Of a stretch of DNA of 32,042 nt, positions 31,171 through 32,042 are shown in pieces; within the stretch, counting starts at the first letter, position 1, and the number at the start of each line of letters is the position of its first letter. The notes beneath the pieces were generated by a model, which worked only from the letters and a program-made list of their open reading frames with translations, was not told the DNA's origin and ran no database searches. The stretch comes from an uncultured Candidatus Saccharibacteria bacterium (GTDB lineage: Bacteria > Patescibacteriota > Saccharimonadia > Saccharimonadales > Saccharimonadaceae). A program made the translations under genes and the position numbers. The stretch is from assembly GCA_963553645.1 (NCBI GenBank), contig CAUVPF010000001.1:1-32042 (forward strand), read 5' to 3'.

Positions 31171-31914
31171 ATGGAAATAGTAGCAGTAATTTTAATCATC
31201 GTGGCTATGTATGTGCTGAGCGGCATTAAGGTGGTCAATCAATACCAGCGCGGCGTGGTATTGACGCTGGGTAAGTTTACTGGCGTACGCGAACCAGGAC
31301 TGCGGGTAGTGATACCGATTTTTCAGACGATGATGATGGTCGATGTGCGTTCCACACCAATTGATGTGCCGAAACAAGAGGTCATTACCAAAGACAACGT
31401 CACTGTCGGCGTTGACGCGGTGGTCTACTTCCGAGTGATTAACGCGCCAAAGGCAGTGCTGGAAACGACTAACTACATTTACGCCACCAGCCAATTTGCC
31501 CAGGCTGCCCTGCGCGATGTCACCGGTAATGTCGATATGGACGACCTGCTTGCCAAGCGTGAGGAGATTTCGCAGCAGATCAAAGAAATTGTCGATGCCG
31601 AAACTGACAAATGGGGTATTGATGTCGAGAATGTCAAGATTCAGAATATCGAATTACCTGGCGACATGAAGCGCGCCATGGCCAAGCAAGCCGAAGCCGA
31701 GCGTGAGCGCCGCGCCAACATCATCAACGCCGACGGTGAAAAGGCTGCTGCCAAAACGTTGGCGCAAGCGGCGGAGATCCTGGCAAAAACCCAAGGTGCG
31801 ATTAACCTGCGCACCCTGAACACACTGGAGCGTATCTCAACCGAGCCATCACAAAAGACGATGATGCTCTTCCCGATTGAACTGATTGACGCGATTCGCG
31901 GCGGTAAAAAATAG
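31171..31914 (+). CDS. SPFH/band-7 (stomatin-like) membrane protein
   Basis: N-terminal TM, YQRGVVLTLGK, PGL, QEVITKDNV.V.VDAVVYFRV, AMAKQAEAERERRA, LRTL.TL. SD AGGAGG. Confidence 0.93.
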   Translation: MEIVAVILIIVAMYVLSGIKVVNQYQRGVVLTLGKFTGVREPGLRVVIPIFQTMMMVDVRSTPIDVPKQEVITKDNVTVGVDAVVYFRVINAPKAVLETTNYIYATSQFAQAALRDVTGNVDMDDLLAKREEISQQIKEIVDAETDKWGIDVENVKIQNIELPGDMKRAMAKQAEAERERRANIINADGEKAAAKTLAQAAEILAKTQGAINLRTLNTLERISTEPSQKTMMLFPIELIDAIRGGKK

Positions 31915-31992
31915 AAAATTACCTAGTTTAACCTTAGTTTTAAGAACCTGGACTTGAAATATATTCAAGGACGTGTTAGTATATTCTAAGTA

Positions 31993-32042
31993 ATGTCTGA
32001 GTCTCATGAGTTATCTGAAACATCACTGCCTTCAAAGATGCA
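31993..32042 (+). CDS. Possible start of the next gene (MSESHELSETSLPSKM..., truncated)
   Basis: ATG in an open frame to the window edge, preceded by an AT-rich promoter-like region. Confidence 0.35.
   Translation, partial: MSESHELSETSLPSKM

Overview
A gene-dense bacterial chromosome segment (genetic code 11), most likely from Saccharibacteria (TM7, Patescibacteria/CPR); that assignment is inferred from gene content and RNA polymerase sequence style, not from a search. Core genes are rpoB-rpoC (rpoC truncated at the left edge), a dTTP-supply cluster (tmk, dcd, folA, thyA), clpP, tig, hisS, a TrmH-family methyltransferase, typA, a GH37 trehalase, rarA, ddl, an SPFH protein and three tRNAs (Leu-CAG, Leu-TAG, Val-CAC). 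Several orphan ORFs lie between them. Best leads: (1) a two-gene TasA/SipW-like surface-fibre locus between two tRNAs, in which the SipW-like peptidase is fused to what looks like its own substrate (an internal SipW-type signal plus a LamG lectin-like domain sharing an N-terminal ATIxNSxNTA strand with the TasA-like subunit); (2) an RNA polymerase beta' that has lost all eight cysteines of both zinc sites without gaps, plus unusual substitutions in conserved beta motifs; (3) apparent leaderless transcription of about 11 genes; (4) a structured rpoB 5' leader; (5) a twin-arginine metzincin-like protease inserted between tig and clpP. No CRISPR array, integrase or transposase was seen.
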